A DNA stretch of 64,000 nucleotides from the NCBI RefSeq assembly GCF_006345805.1, contig NC_043004.1, forward strand, positions 90,086,001 through 90,150,000, written 5' to 3'. The translations under genes and the position numbers were made by a program. The notes beneath the pieces are model-generated. The model made no database searches, was not told the DNA's origin, and saw nothing but the letters and a program-made list of their open reading frames with translations. Source of the DNA: Octopus sinensis. Taxonomy: Eukaryota. Below, piece after piece: positions 1-14,039 of this stretch (positions are counted from its first letter, which is position 1; each line of letters opens with the position of its first letter).

Positions 1-1228
1 TCTTTTATGACAAAGAAATTGAAACCAATAAATTAGACATTATTGTTAAGGACAAGCATAAAAATTTCATGCACGACTGAGAAAACGCGTCATTAATAAT
101 AGTAAATCTGTTACAATACAAAGATCATAAAATTTGGGATTACGTACCTACATACAACACTGTCATCATAAGGGTATTAAGTTCCCAGGTTACATCAACT
201 TTCAGAAAATATGTCATCAAGAAATAACTCAAATATTGTGCACAGTATCAAATAAGTAGAAAGGAAACCTTTCCTCTTTGATTAGGCATAAATTTTGCTT
301 TTAATTGTACTTATAAATCCCAGCTAATTCTGCTTTGCAACTTAAGCAAAGACTCAGAAGACTTTAGGCCCTGAAAAATTTACAACTTCAGGCAAAAGCT
401 ATTCACTTTCACTTAGTGATACAAAAGATTTGGAATCAACATATTAGCTATGTTGAACATTTTACCAAAGTATTGACTTCAGATTTACTCAGCTGTTGCC
501 AAAATAAAATATGGCATCAAATCAATGTATAAAGCAAAATATAGAATGGAGACAACACAATGGTTTCTATGATCCAATAAGTCACACTAAAATCAAATAT
601 GTCACTCTTTATTGATAAAGGGTGTAAAAGTGTAAAGTGAGGAGCCTTATTGAATATAATTTTATGGTTTGTAAAATAAATATTTGTCATATATCTAGAC
701 AGCTAACTTCAATATCCACAGCTTTAAATCATATCAAAGCGACTTGTCTATTAATTTCCTTTTTAAATATTAGCTGTCAAGGTTAAACCATTAAGTAAAT
801 TTCTTTGTACTAGTTATTGTCTACATTTTTCATGAGAAGATCTATTCTTTCTTAGCTTCAGTAGAAGAAAGGCAAACTATCTCTGAGAGATAAAACTAGT
901 TGAATGATCTTCACTTCCAGCAGCTAAAGCTACAGTTGATTCTTCATGAGTTATATTTTCAGAGTTAAAGTAAATACATTTTTATAAGACTCCAAGCTAC
1001 AGAAACAAAATGCAATTAGCTGGCCATGTCTTGTGGCAGTCAGAGCATTGATATGCAAAAAAAAAACAAGATGGGCATCAGTAGGAGAAAAGAAAAGGGC
1101 CATGGGTGACAACTGTGCTGAACCCTTCAGGAGACACTTAGAAAACATGCAACCAATCAAGAACTGCTGCCCTACATGCAAACATATGACTAATATATAT
1201 GATGTATGCGTATGTGTGCACATACATA

Positions 1229-2891
1229 TTAGTGAATCAAATCCCAACATAGATTTTCACATTTAAGTTTCACAGGTTTATTGTATTTTTTACAACAATC
1301 TTCAGGTAAATATTTACATAGCAAGCAGTAGCTATAAATAGGTGACATTGTATTGCTAAAGGAAGAAAATCTATAAAATACTTCCAGTATTACAAAAGTT
1401 TTCTAATCAATGTTATTTTTAAATCAAATTAAATTCAAATAAATATTGTCTGTTCAGAATTGGCTTGAACTTCAATAAAATTCTTTTCTTTTTGCCCTTA
1501 CTTACTTGTACTTGTACTTGTGGCGACATTCACCCTGGGTGGGTTGAGTCGGCTTCTTCTACCACCCTCGAGGCATCTCGAACCATGGCAGTGGAAGAAG
1601 TTTTGTGGGGAATATGAATTTCACAAGTGGTCCTCAACAATCTTGCATGTAGAGACATCCTGTTTGCCACAGATTGTCCACAGATGCAGGGACAGAACGA
1701 CCGAGGAGCCGCCGGTTGCCGAAACAGACACTCCGAGGATTTTCACCAGAGCCCCATCTGCCGGGTTGTGGCCCTAATACCACTCGGTGTCAGACCAATC
1801 CGCCTTGGGTGGCCCTATCAGGAACCGAAGTTCCTGACGGCATAGCTCTGACACTACCTGTTACCAGTGTCCCCACCATGGTGAGGAGGGGATGGACTTT
1901 AGGGACGCTTTTTTGCCCTACTTTTAACTTTGAGCCATAAAGTTTATAAAATGGAAATATTTAAAAAATTGTATTATTTCCATAGACTCAGTTGATTGCA
2001 CTTAGGAATCCAACAGGAAGGTCTAATGACAGTTGCTTCTGATAGGATCCAATGGAGGAGGTGCCTGAGGACTTTACTCCCATGACCCTCTCAGGAATAG
2101 TGGGCAAAGAAGATGGTAAGTGAAAAAAAAAAGGTTCACATGTGAATATCTGATGACTTGTTTCTCATAATCAGAGAACACCTCCTTCATTTGTGTTCAT
2201 AACATGCAATTTACTGGTGTGATGTCTCCTCAGTCAAAGCTACTCTTCCAGACCAATGAACCTAACAAGAGCACATGCTCTTGTTTATAGGAATCAGCAA
2301 ACAAATTATTTGATGATGTCTGCCAAACAGATAATTATTCATAGGGTGCATGTAGAATAGTGAGAATCCAAACAATAATGTATCTATTTGTTCTTAATAT
2401 GTTCTGGAAGATTCAAATATCAAATGCCTGAATTGTGAGGAACTACGGTCAGACTGAAAGTTAATTATCATATCACATGCAAGTACACAGGCAGCAATTT
2501 AGAGACCCTGATCTCAGACATATCTCATTAAATTGACATTTAGAAACATGCAGCAATAATCTTTTTTTAATATTTCCATTTTATAAACTTTATGACTCAA
2601 AGTTAAAAGTAGGGCAAAAAGAAAAGAATTTTATTGAAGTTTGAACCAGTTCTGAACAGACAATATTTATCTGAATTTAATTTGGTTTAAAAATAACATT
2701 CACTAAAAAAATACTTTTGTAATACTGGAAGTATTTTATAGATTATTTTCCTTTAACAATACAATGTCACCTATTTATAGCCACTGTTTGCTCTGTAAAG
2801 ATTTATCTGAAGATTGTTGTAAAAGATACAATTAACCTTTGAAAATATGAAAATGAAATGTGAAAATCTAAGCTGGGATTTGATTCACTAA
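1229..2891. repeat. Large inverted repeat (arms ~1229-1975, minus an insertion, and ~2555-2891)
   Basis: About 340 bp of reverse-complement match, e.g. ttagtgaatcaaatccc / gggatttgattcactaa and gtattttatag / ctataaaatac. Confidence 0.8.
1504..1909 (-). mobile_element. 3' fragment of a non-LTR retrotransposon with (ACAAGT)3 tail and TSD
   Basis: GC-richer insert; tail acttgt x3 at 1504-1521; flanking duplication tttttgccct(t)actt (1489-1503 / 1910-1923). Confidence 0.6.
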
Positions 2892-4059
2892 GTGGGTGAG
2901 TGCATGAAGTGTTACTTAACTTTGTGATATTTATTAATATAAATGTTTGATATTTATGTATTTTCAAAGCTTCACACTTTTAATGTAATAGAAGAATCTG
3001 ATATAAATTTTCCAAGATCCATACCAATATTTCAAAGTTACAAGCCTATTATCGAGACATCCCTCAATACAAAAGTTGCCCCATCAAGGTTTATAATTTT
3101 GTAAGCAGCATGGTGACCTCATTAGTTCTTTAAAGTGGTTGGTATTAGGAAGAGCATCTAGTCAAGAAACCATGCCAAAGTAGACACTAGAACATGATGT
3201 GGTCGTTGAGCCCACCAGATCCTGTCAAACCATCCAACCCATATCGGAAACACAGACATTATATGATGACAGATGGCATAATTTAAAGTTTCAGTACTGA
3301 TGTGTACCTGTCTCTGTAATGGTAATTAAAAGTAATATCCACATTGCAATAGATATAATTATAAACTCCCAGTCATACATCATTATTTGAACTTTATATT
3401 ATTTAGGTGAGAGAGGTCTATTATTTTGTATCTTAATTTTTGTAATAAAAAACAAGCCTTATAAAAAGTATGTAATAATCAGTTGAAATATTTTAATGTT
3501 TTCTCTCTTATAAAGGTATGCAGGTTGATATTTCAAATGTCTTCTTAAGATTATGTATAGAATTGGAAGTCTCTGGCAGGGATGTTTCAACTATCAAAGA
3601 GAAAAAAAACACATTCAGAGACTACAGTTCATCTAAGTTTCAAAACATTGATGATCGTCATTTTAATATCCATTTTTATATGCTTGCATGGGCAGATTTT
3701 CTATGACTAGATACCCTTCCTGTTGCCAATCCTGACCTGTTTCCAAGCCAAACATGTTCTCAGAATATTTGAAATGAATGGTACTGCTTGTATGACAGTG
3801 ACACTCATTTACAACTATTGTGTAATGTCAAGGACAAGGAGAAAAAGATATACATAACAGACTTCTTTCGGTTTTTGTCTACCAAATCCACTCACAAGGC
3901 TTTGGTTGACCTGGAGTTGTAATAGAAGACACCTGCCAAGGTGCTATACAGTGGGACTGAACTCAGAACTATGTGATTGTGAAGCAAACTTTTTATCACT
4001 CAGCTATAGTGATGATCTGAGAAAATTAATTATGACCATCACCAAAGAACTTTAGCAGT

Positions 4060-4960
4060 CAGAGTGGAACTACTGAAACTATGGTGCATAGCAACATTTG
4101 ATACAAATCAGACATACTGAGAAGAGGCTAATTCATGTCTGCAATGACATGGCATTCTTTGGTTCTTCTCTGAAAAGAAAAACTTCAGTCAAGACAAGAC
4201 CAAAAGTCTAACAGAAGAAATGATTATGTACAGATCATTCTCATGTCCCTGGAGTGACCCACACTAAGTTTCCTGCAATTGTGATGGCTTCAGGAGTGGT
4301 GATTAATGAAAGTCATGTCATGCTATTTCACATTTTTCCACAGGGTCTTAGAATTAATGTTGGAGATGATTGTTTAAGCTAGTGGTTTTCAACCAGGGTT
4401 CCGCCAGTACCGTCCAGGGGTTCCGCAAGAAGTTACAAAACTGCTAAAATTGGCAGTAATTTTTAATTCTCCTGTGCAGATATGTGTGCATAAGACTATT
4501 AAATTATTGCACAGGGGTTCCTCGAGCCAGTGGAATGTTTCCTTGGGGTTCCGCTCCAGCAAAAAGTTTGAAAAGCACTGGTTTAAGCCCTGGATGGATG
4601 AAGTACACAGTGGATAACTGTACATGTTTCAACAAGACCCAGCACCTCACGAAGCCCTTGTAACCATAAAATGGATGTCATTCAATCTTTACAATCATGT
4701 AACACCAAACTTGTAGCTTTCAAAGTTACCATACTTAAATCCCACGAACTTACTATATTGATGAAAGATGATATTGACATCCTCACAATATCATAGCTTG
4801 ACTGAAGGTTGCCATTGTTGAGGTGATGTCTGAAATGAATAAGAACCATTTAGTGCAGGCATGTTGACAATCCCAGTCCCACAATGAATCAGTTTTTGAA
4901 GGTGAAGTCATAAAATATTCTTGAAAGAAAGCTTATGAATAAAAATTTTTATCAAAAAGC
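4060..4960 (+). mobile_element. Degenerate Tc1/mariner-superfamily transposase relic
   Basis: Fragments translate as WFFSEKKNFSQD, TKFPAIVMASGVV...FPQGLRIN, KPWMDEV...FQQDPAPH and ...YLNP. Many stops. Confidence 0.65.
4380..4580. mobile_element. hAT (Charlie-like) MITE nested in the mariner relic
   Basis: TIRs (c/t)agtggttttcaa / ttgaaaagcactg; perfect 8-bp TSD gtttaagc (4372-79 and 4581-88). Confidence 0.85.
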
Positions 4961-5024
4961 ATTTGGTTTTTGCTAGATTAGAGATGTTATGAAATACCTC
5001 ACATGTCCTCTGTGTGTGTGTATG

Positions 5025-5383
5025 TGTTATCAAAATCGAAATCGATCAACATCAATGGAAATTGTAGCTGTGATACCAGTGCCATAAGCGAACCATCCGA
5101 ATGTGGCCGTTGCCAGCGCCGCCCCGACGAGCCTCCGTGCCAGTGGCACGTAAAAAGCACCATCCGACCATGGCCGTTTGCCAGCCCCATCTGGCACCTG
5201 TGCAGGTGGCACGTAAAAAGCACCCACTACGCTCACGGAGTGGTTGGCGTTAGGAAGGGCATCCAGCCGTAAAAACATTGCCAGATCAGCCTGGGCCTGG
5301 TGCAGCCTTCTGGCTTCCCAGACCCCAGTTGAACCATCCAACCCATGCTAGCATGGAAAGAGGACACTAAATGATGATGATGA
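5025..5383 (+). mobile_element. RTE-type LINE 3' UTR fragment ending in (GAT)n
   Basis: Matches the 3' ends of the RTE copies at 24k, 29k, 41k and 44k. Confidence 0.75.
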
Positions 5384-5395
5384 TATATATATATT

Positions 5396-5478
<83 letters not shown>

Positions 5479-5489
5479 AACTCCATCAT

Positions 5490-5870
5490 ATATGAGGCTG
5501 AAGTTACAGCTACGTTCCAAGACAAATCAATTGAAAAGTTGAAAAGAAGAATTACATCGGTTTATATGAGGATGAATTCAAGAGATGTTATGCAAACCAC
5601 CTTATTTTCCAGCACATTAATAAAAGTAATGCAACTAAGTTGGCTAGCCACATATGGAATCTGAAGAGCATCTCCACACCACACGCAATTAAGTAGAGAA
5701 ATCCAAGTCATGTGTTAACAGATCTAAGAAATGCAGCTTATGTCTAGCAGAAAGATCTCATATTCTTCTTCAATCCAGCAATTACAGCACATTGCTTCAT
5801 TCGAGGTCTGATATTTTTAGCAGGTGCAGACACATAGACTGGTTCCTTTCATCAAATTGGACGGCACTAC
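5490..5870 (+). pseudogene. Penelope-like element GIY-YIG endonuclease relic
   Basis: Across a frameshift: KNYIGLYEDEFKRCYANH...TKLASHIWNLK...KKCSLCLAERSHILL...LLHSRSDIFSRCRH, a typical PLE C-terminus. Confidence 0.75.
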
Positions 5871-6204
5871 CTGCTCAAGATTGAGTCTCACAGACTTAGA
5901 CATATTTTATGTTATTATGTTCTAAACCAGTTGTATTTAATGAGCTTCCTGCAATCAGTGATGATAAGGATCGTAATACTTGATTTAATTTCTTTTTTTC
6001 ATTTCATTTTTTGCACCAACCTTTACGTTTTTTCTTGTTTTCTTACAGACCAGCATCCTTGTTTTTAAAACTTATATATAACACATAAACAGCCGGAAAG
6101 ATTGCTTTTAGGTACATGGTGTATTTTATAAATATGCCTGTTCAAGGATCATAATAGCATAAAACTATTAGTAGCTGTTTTGATTGTGTATTTAATTTGA
6201 TACT

Positions 6205-6656
6205 CTCTCTTTTTACTCTTTTACTTGTTTCAGTCATTTGACTGCGGCCATGCTGGAGCACTGCCTTTAATCGAGCAACTTGACCCCGGGACTTATTCTT
6301 TTGTAAGCCCAGTACTTATTCTATCGGTCTCTTTTGCCGAACCACTAAGTAACAGGGACATAAACACACCAGCATCAGTTGTCAAGCAATGCTAGGGGGA
6401 CAAACACAGATACACAAACACACATACGCATATATATATATATATATCATCATCATCATCATTTATCGTCCGTTCTCCATGCTAGCATGGGTTGGACGGT
6501 TCGACCGGGGATCTGGGAAGCCAGAAGGCTGCACCAGGCTCCAGTCTAATCTGGCAATGTTTCTACAGCTGGATGCCCTTCCTAACGCCGTGTTTATTGT
6601 GTCGTCTTCTAAGAGTTATACGTTCTTGTCCATGTTGTATTTTTCTACATACCTTA

Positions 6657-6687
<31 letters not shown>

Positions 6688-6958
6688 TACGACGGGCTTC
6701 TTTCAGTTTCCGTCTACCAAATCCACTCACAAGGCTTTGGTCAGCCCGAGGCTATAGTAGAAGACACTTGCCCAAGGTGCCACGCAGTGGGACTTAACCC
6801 GGAACCATGTGGTTGGTAAGCAAGCTACTTATCACACAGCCACTCCTAGTGGAACTGAACCCGGAACCATGTGGTTGGTAAACAAGCTACTTACTATACA
6901 GCCACTCCTAGTGGGACTGAACCCTGAACCATGTGATTGGTAAACAAGCTACTTACCA
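6205..6958 (-). mobile_element. tRNA-derived SINE family A copy with triplicated head, interrupted by an RTE tail fragment (~6443-6590)
   Basis: Tail and body at 6205-6440 and 6680-6850; 62-bp head unit repeated at 6786, 6848 and 6910. Confidence 0.75.
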
Positions 6959-7059
6959 TATATAAATATACACACATATATGTGTGTATCTAAAAAAATC
7001 AAAAAATATCAATTACATTATGACTGTTTACTCATTGTAGCCACCCTCAGCTTCTATTA

Positions 7060-7340
7060 TGACATCAAGACAGCTCTAGAACTTGACATATGCATTCTTC
7101 ACTGTGTCCCTAGGAAGAGTTTCACACACCTCCTTGATCTTGGCCTTGTTGCAGGCAGAGCAGTTAGTGTCTTCCTCAACTATACTTAAAGCCCCATTCA
7201 AAGATGGGATGAAATCTGGCATGCAGACACAGTCAGAATGCCTGCAGTGTCCCTTCATGCTAGTCATGGCCTCATAGTCTCCATAGCAGCTTTTCATGTC
7301 ATGTCTTACAGTTTTTACAGAGTTCACAGATCACAGCTTC
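7060..7340 (-). mobile_element. Internally deleted mariner-like relic
   Basis: Peptide similarity (VEEDTNCSAC..KIKEV) to the TIR elements at 45803 and 52245. Confidence 0.5.
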
Positions 7341-8779
7341 TGTGTTACATTGACCATTCACTGGACTCTCACTGTAAACCCTGCATGAGCATCATGCCTC
7401 AGCTCATGGTTTAGAGCTACCGATATATTTTTTGGCACTAGGTGCACAGCTTAAGGTATGTCTATGACCTTGCATGAAATGTTTATCTATCAATCTAAGA
7501 CAGCCCTAGCTGATCTTTAAATTCACCAGATGCCAAAAGCTCACTATAGTAGTGAGCTGCAGTGCTGAAAACATCTTTACTGGAGGATAGATTCAAGATC
7601 CTTCTACTGACATGCTTTACAAGGATTTTAAACATTAAAGGTGAGTGACAGGAAACTGTGTTGATGTATGGGTGCCTCTGGTTCACTTTACAGTAAGGTC
7701 TGTATGACCTGTATCTAAATAAAGTATTATATCTAGGAAATTAACTACAGGTAGGTTAGTTTTTATAGTAATCTAGATCCCTGTGGAACTTGGTTGTATA
7801 TCAGGTCTTTTGTGAGCCCTGTCCAATTGTGACTGTTCACACTTCTAGAGATGGCTAAAGCATTGCCTTCATAGAGAAGATGCAGGTTCTGTTTGATGGA
7901 GAGAAGAATCATTCTAAAAAATTCACATGATCCAGGCAGTTTCATGAACGTAAGACAAGAAATTTTCAGATGCTGCTCATATAACAACAAATTAATTTTG
8001 TAACATGGTCAGGTCTGTTTTTGAACAGGGGAATATTATATATATTTACACAGCTTACATGCTTCACCATGGTTAACACCAACTCTTCTCCTTAGAAATA
8101 ATATTTTTCACTGTGTTTTGCTCCACTTTTTGTCACCATCCAACCAATCTAGACCCTGTACACCTTCAGCATAAAGGATGCTAAACACTATCAACATGTT
8201 TGAAGATTTGTATTAACAAATGTCCAGTGGCAATATTTTATATGAAACCAACAGTAACATTCTGACTAGTTATATTACTTAATGATATAAAAATATACAT
8301 GTACCATCATTTATATTGAGTGTGCTTTTTCACCCTGACTTCTGGACAACTAACTGATAATATATACACACAAACAGGGAGGTGCGAATCAAGATTTTTG
8401 TAGAAATCAAATCTTTACATATATAAGTAGACATGTAACAGAGAGACAGACAAACAGACAGAAATAGGAAATCACATTTTCTATTTTAAAATAATGGAAC
8501 AGTTTCACTATGAAAAAAATACATTTTGTTAAATAACCATAAGAAAATATGGCTACATTAGTATAACAGATAAAGAAACTGGAGAGAAAACTGACTTGGT
8601 AAATAAATTACTGGGAATAAATAATAGATAACAGTTCATGGAAATTGTTTTACATTTTTCTGTTGTGTGTGTGTATGAGCGTGCATGTGTTATAGGAATA
8701 AATCCACTGACATTAGCAGTTATATAACCATTTTCAGATAGTTAAATAATAATAATAATAATAATGAAATTATTGTATA

Positions 8780-9240
8780 TAGTGCTCAGGTGCACCACAA
8801 CTTGTCAGAAAGTGCATATAAAGTATATGCAGTAACATACAAATGTCTGGAAAGCAAACAATGTATGAGTCAGATACATGCTTGTGTGTGTATGGAGGGG
8901 AGAAAATCAGGTGTAGTGTTGGCGAATCTCAGAAAGCATGGAAGTTTTGAAGGATGCAGTGCTCCAACAACTAACAACTGATGCCGGCAGTTTGTTCCCT
9001 GCTTCAGCAACTCTCAGCATGAAAAAATGTTTCCTAAAGTCATAGAAGCTGTGCTGTGTTCTGACTTTGTAAATATGTCCATGGGTGTTAGACGGGTGGA
9101 GTTTGAAAAGGTGCTCAGAGTTATTGTTTGTAAGATGGTTGATCATTTTATGGGTGTCTGCCAAGTCAGCTGTTAGACGTCGGAATTTCAATGTGTCCAT
9201 GCCCAGGGATAAGTAAGGCATTCAGAATATGGCAAATGCC
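8780..9240 (-). mobile_element. CR1/L2-type LINE 3' fragment
   Basis: LTADLADTHKMINH...SNTHGHIYKV...RKHFFMLRVAEAGNKLPASVV, a LINE RT C-terminus. Confidence 0.75.
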
Positions 9241-10336
9241 TGATGGAGGGTCCATCCTCACTTAACATTATGAATTGGGTACTTAATAACTTAGTGTAAG
9301 ACTCATAAGAAGAATTTACTTGTATAAGTTTCTGTTGTTTTCTCCAAACTCATAGAACTTGAGCCTGGCACTAAGCAGATGATCTTTAACTCTACTCCAG
9401 TTGCTTACAATGGAAGCTTGTCTTCTCTGTGGTACTCGTTTGCATCTAGGTCAACTAGCCCAGAAAAAGTTAAGTATTTTAGTGCCAGGCATTGTACAGT
9501 GATGATAAGCCATAAAAAAATCAACCTCAGCTAGTCATCCAACAAGTGATTGGCCATTTTTACACTAGGGAACATCACAGTTGCTAAATGACTGGTTTTA
9601 TAATACTATGAACAACAAGAAAAACACAGACCTTTGATAGCTTTAAACTGGTAATCATCAATAAAATTCTATAAGAGAGAAGATAGTAATTTCACAAGCA
9701 AATCTTAGTGGGTGCTCTTTATTCTAAAACATTCAGTTTGTCAACTGACATTTTAAATAATATAAGTCAAAATACTCCTGGTATTTCTGAGAGGATTATG
9801 TTGTACAAATGTTAACAGATATGATAATACAAGTTTTTAAGTGTGTTTTAAAAAATTGTTACTTAGTCTAGATTCTAATAATAATTAATGAAAAAATCAT
9901 AGAACAAATTGTTTTGTTAAGGAGATCAGAAAACACACTTGCAGATTTAAAGCAGTCATAGAATTTCTGACTAACAGATAATAATAATAATAATAAAACT
10001 AGTTGCAGTGTAGCATGTCAGTTATTTTTGTTTTACATTTTACTAATGAGAAAAGGAGCAGCTTCTATGAACTTTTTGAATTTCTGTATAAAGTAGTGAA
10101 AGAAAGGCAGCATTTCTGGAGAGTAATGCCTGGCAGGGAAATGTTTGTGGAATATTTGAATCTGATACTGTTGGAATATTAATAGAAAACAAATGCATTA
10201 AACAGGCAAGAACAGACAACCAACCTTAAGCTATTGCCCCATTGCCTAAAAAACTTTCATGAATAAGAGAGCGATAAGGTAACCCTGGTGAACACCAAGA
10301 CCTCACTGCCAACTCTATCTTGTATATGCAATTATA

Positions 10337-10763
10337 GGCGCAGGAGTGGCTGTGTGGTAAGTAGCTTGCTAACCAACGACATGGTTCCGGGTTCAGTTCC
10401 ACTGCGTGGCATCTTGGGCAAGTGCCTTCTGCTATAGCCCCGGGCCAACCAATGCCTTGTGAGTGGATTTGGTAGACGGAAACTGAAAGAAGCCTGTCGT
10501 ATATATGTATATATATATATGTATGTGTGTGTGTTTGTGTGTCTGTGTTTGTCCCCCTAGCATTGCTTGACAACCGATGCTGGTGTGTTTACGTCCCCGT
10601 CACTTAGCGGTTCAGCAAAAGAGACTGATAGAATAAGTACTAGGCTTACAAAGAATAAGTCCTGGGGTCGATTTGCTCGACTAAAGGCGGTGCTCCAGCA
10701 TGGCCGCAGTCAAATGACTGAAACAAGTAAAAGAGTAAAGAGTAAAAGAGAGAGAGAGAGAGT
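10337..10763 (+). mobile_element. tRNA-derived SINE family A, full length
   Basis: A-box-like TGGCTGTGTGG, B-box-like GGTTCAGTTCC, internal (TA/TG)n, tail (AAAAGAGT)n. Confidence 0.85.
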
Positions 10764-11073
10764 ATCAAACCTAGCATTTATCAGACTACAAAGTGTGTGA
10801 AAAAACAGTATCATCATAATTAAGCAATCTTAAATGTGATGTGCAGGGAAGAATACATTCAGGAAGTAATGATATTTGGAAGACTGGAGAGTTAAAAAGG
10901 TCAAGGGAAGATGCCAACAAACAATTAGAGCAAAAGACACTATTTTGTCTACAAATCACTCCAACATTCATTGTATGCTTTCACAAGTATTTATCATCAT
11001 CGTCATCATTTAATGTCTTGTTTTCCCTGTTAGCATGGGTTGAACAGTTCAACATAAACTGCGAAGCCAAGAA

Positions 11074-11303
11074 GGCGGCGAGCTGGCAGACACGTTAGCG
11101 CACCGGGCGGAATGCTTAGCGGTATTTCGTCTGTCGTTACGTTCTGAGTTCAAATTCCGCCGAGTTGACTTTGCCTTTCATCCTTTCGGGGTCGATAAAT
11201 AAAAGTACCAGTTTCGCACTGGGGTCGATGTAATCGACTTAATCCATTTGTTTGTCCTTGTTCGTCCTCTCTATGTTTAGCCCCTTGTGGGTAGTAAAGA
11301 AAT
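11074..11303 (+). mobile_element. tRNA-derived SINE family B with TSD
   Basis: Head ggcggcgagctggcag, B box GAGTTCAAATTC; ~16-bp duplication ataaactgc(g/a)aagcca on both sides. Confidence 0.85.
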
Positions 11304-12116
11304 ATAAACTGCAAAGCCAAAGGGCTTCACTGAGCTCCAGTGTTTGCTGTGGCATGGTTTCTATAGCTGGATGCCTTTCCTAATGCCAACCACTTCACAG
11401 AGTGCACTGGGTGCATTTTGTCATGGCACCAGTATTGGTGAGGTCGTGCAATGTTTTATTAAACATCTTGAATTCCTGTAGCTGAACCTCACACATTAAA
11501 GAAAATAAAAACAAACAAATTCTGAGCAAAAACATGACCATGATGTTCTGTTATATGACAGCCTATTTTCAGTAGTTCTAACGCATGAAATTTTATTGGT
11601 TGTCAGGACTGTATTAGAGAAAAAGTTCAAATACTATAATGAAAATGTTGATTATCAGTATAAAACAAAATTTCCAGCTGAAACAAAGTCTACCTAATTA
11701 TTGAAAGTGATGATCATGGGTTCACCAATAATGACTAATACTTAATAAAAATATTTCAAAAGTAGCATCTAGAGAGATCCTGGGTAACCTGTATCTGTGA
11801 AAATTGCATTTGTTGTAAAATTCTTAAGTTTATATGCTTTGAAGAGCGAGATGTTTCACATAAAGTCTTACTTTGGAGAGTGAGAAAAGTTCCTTAGTCC
11901 ACAAAAATAATGAAAAAAAAATAAATCAACTTTTCTCACACCCAAAGGAATGATTTTATTTTAAACATTAGAAACTCTTTTCCCAAAGACATGGGAACTG
12001 AAGGAAGTTTTTATTGCAGAAAACCAACAAAAATGTACGTTTTTAAATTTTGATGACACACATTCTTTGGAAACAATTAATATATCGAAACATTCTTGGA
12101 CTATATAATTTCAGTA

Positions 12117-12320
12117 TTTACTCTTTTACTGGTTTCAATCATTTGACTATGGCCATGCTGGAGCACCGCCTTTAGTTGAGCAAATCGACCCCGGGACTTA
12201 TTCTTTGTAAGCCCAGTACTTATTCTATTGGTCTCTTTTGCCAAACTGCTAAGTGACGGGACGTAAACACACCAGCATCGGTTGTCAAGCAATGCTAGGG
12301 GGACAAACACAGACACACAA

Positions 12321-12357
<37 letters not shown>

Positions 12358-12520
12358 TGACAGGCTTCTTTCAGTTTCCGTTTACTAAATCCACTCACAA
12401 GGCATTGGTCGGCCCGGGGCTATAGTAGAAGACACTTGCCCAAGATGCCACGCAGTGGGACTGAACCTGGAACCATATGGTTGGTTAGCAAGCTACTTAC
12501 CACACAGCCACTCCTGCGCC
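12117..12520 (-). mobile_element. SINE family A
   Basis: Reverse complement of the 10337 copy. Confidence 0.85.
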
Positions 12521-14039
12521 TATCATCACATTCATTTCACATCCGCTTTCCATGCTGACATGAGATGAACTTCATCACGGTCCAAGTTATTTCTTATGCT
12601 GAGAACCAGTTTCTGTAGGCCGGTTCTTGTACATGCCATTTTGCTTGGTTTCTACAGGTAAATACCCTTTTTATTGCCAGTCTCTTTATAGTGTACTGGG
12701 TGCATTTTCTTGAGGCACCAACACTAGAGAGCTTGAATGGTCCTCAATGAGACTAGAGAGACCTCACTAATCCAACACTTTTGCTACTCACTTGCTAAAT
12801 CCTTTACAGTGTGTATATTTTTCTATGTCCAGCACTCACTATTCACTTAACAAGAGTACTTGGTAACCTAAGGCTTATAGACTGAGCTTGAAGGGTAGAA
12901 GAGGCAATGAATGCAGCAAAAGGACCAGAAATCGGTAGTTGTGAGAAAGAGAGAGTGTATTAAATAAAACCTAGGTTATGTATGTCGACTCAGGTGACCA
13001 TGGAAGAAAATAGGGTATTGACATGAGAAAGACTGGATAGGTGGGGATAGGAAAAAGCAAAGATGTTTGATGTTCGGAAAGGAGTAATTGACAACTGCAG
13101 AGATGAGCAAAATTAAGATTGGGTGATGAGATAAAAACATGGAAAGATGATGGATGGTGAAGACATGACCTAGAGAGAAGAAAGTGCTGGTTGGTGGAAC
13201 AGCAGAATAAAGTTAGAGTGTGCTGGGTAGATGGGTGATGGTGATACAATATAGCCTGTTATATATATAGTAAAGTGTAAGGAGTGGAGAAGAGTAGAGT
13301 GATGAGAAGACAAGTAAAAGGAGGAACAGGAGTGTAAGAATTAGCACTTCCTTCTCTAAGCCTAGATTCGAAATCGAAACCAAGAATCCTCGGTTGCCCA
13401 AACCAATGCAATTAAAGGCACGAAAGCAAGAATTCCTTTGTTCTGTCAAAAAGCGATTGATCATCTCCCTTTGACCTGCGACCTCAGCCATGTCAGGCTA
13501 AGTTCAACTGGACAAGTGCTGACCTAAATAAGCACTGTCTCTGCTGCGATATGACTGTCTTTCTAGCTGTCACAAATATTATAAATACAAGGAGGAAACA
13601 GAGAGGCAAACAATCGCAGCAGAGACGACAGCAGACAGATGAGATAGATCTATCTATGCCCCAAGTTTTTGGCAGACGACAGAGACAGAGAGAAATGCTC
13701 ACAGTGCCGATCGACTACTGTTTCGAATGAAACATGCACACACACACACAAACATATTCATTTCTAATATGTGCTTTATAAAGCAACTCGTAGCAGTTAC
13801 CTACATTTGTATGTAGTGTACCTATAACCCAGTAAATAAATTCCTTTTAATCATGAAATGGTTTATGTATTTGTTGACATACACACATATCCACTACAGG
13901 AGTAATAGGCAGATGAGAGGCAGGGTCAAGAATGCAAGGTCAGGGAGCAGCAAATATAGACTTGGCAGGATACAAAATATGAGGAGATTCGACAGAAGCA
14001 ATACTGCTTTGTCTTCAATGATCCTTGTGTGGTTGAATT

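Noticed and set aside
2046-2115. Apparent 70-nt exon with a strong donor (ATG|GTAAGT)
   Set aside because: No partner exons found. Another frame reads VASDRIQWRR, typical of a LINE ORF2 C-terminus.
10337-10410. tRNA genes at SINE heads
   Set aside because: A/B boxes are present but there is no complete cloverleaf, and they continue into SINE bodies.
13213-13740. Minus ORF MAEVAGQREMINRF... in CpG-containing unique-looking DNA
   Set aside because: No recognisable domain, convincing donor or downstream exons.
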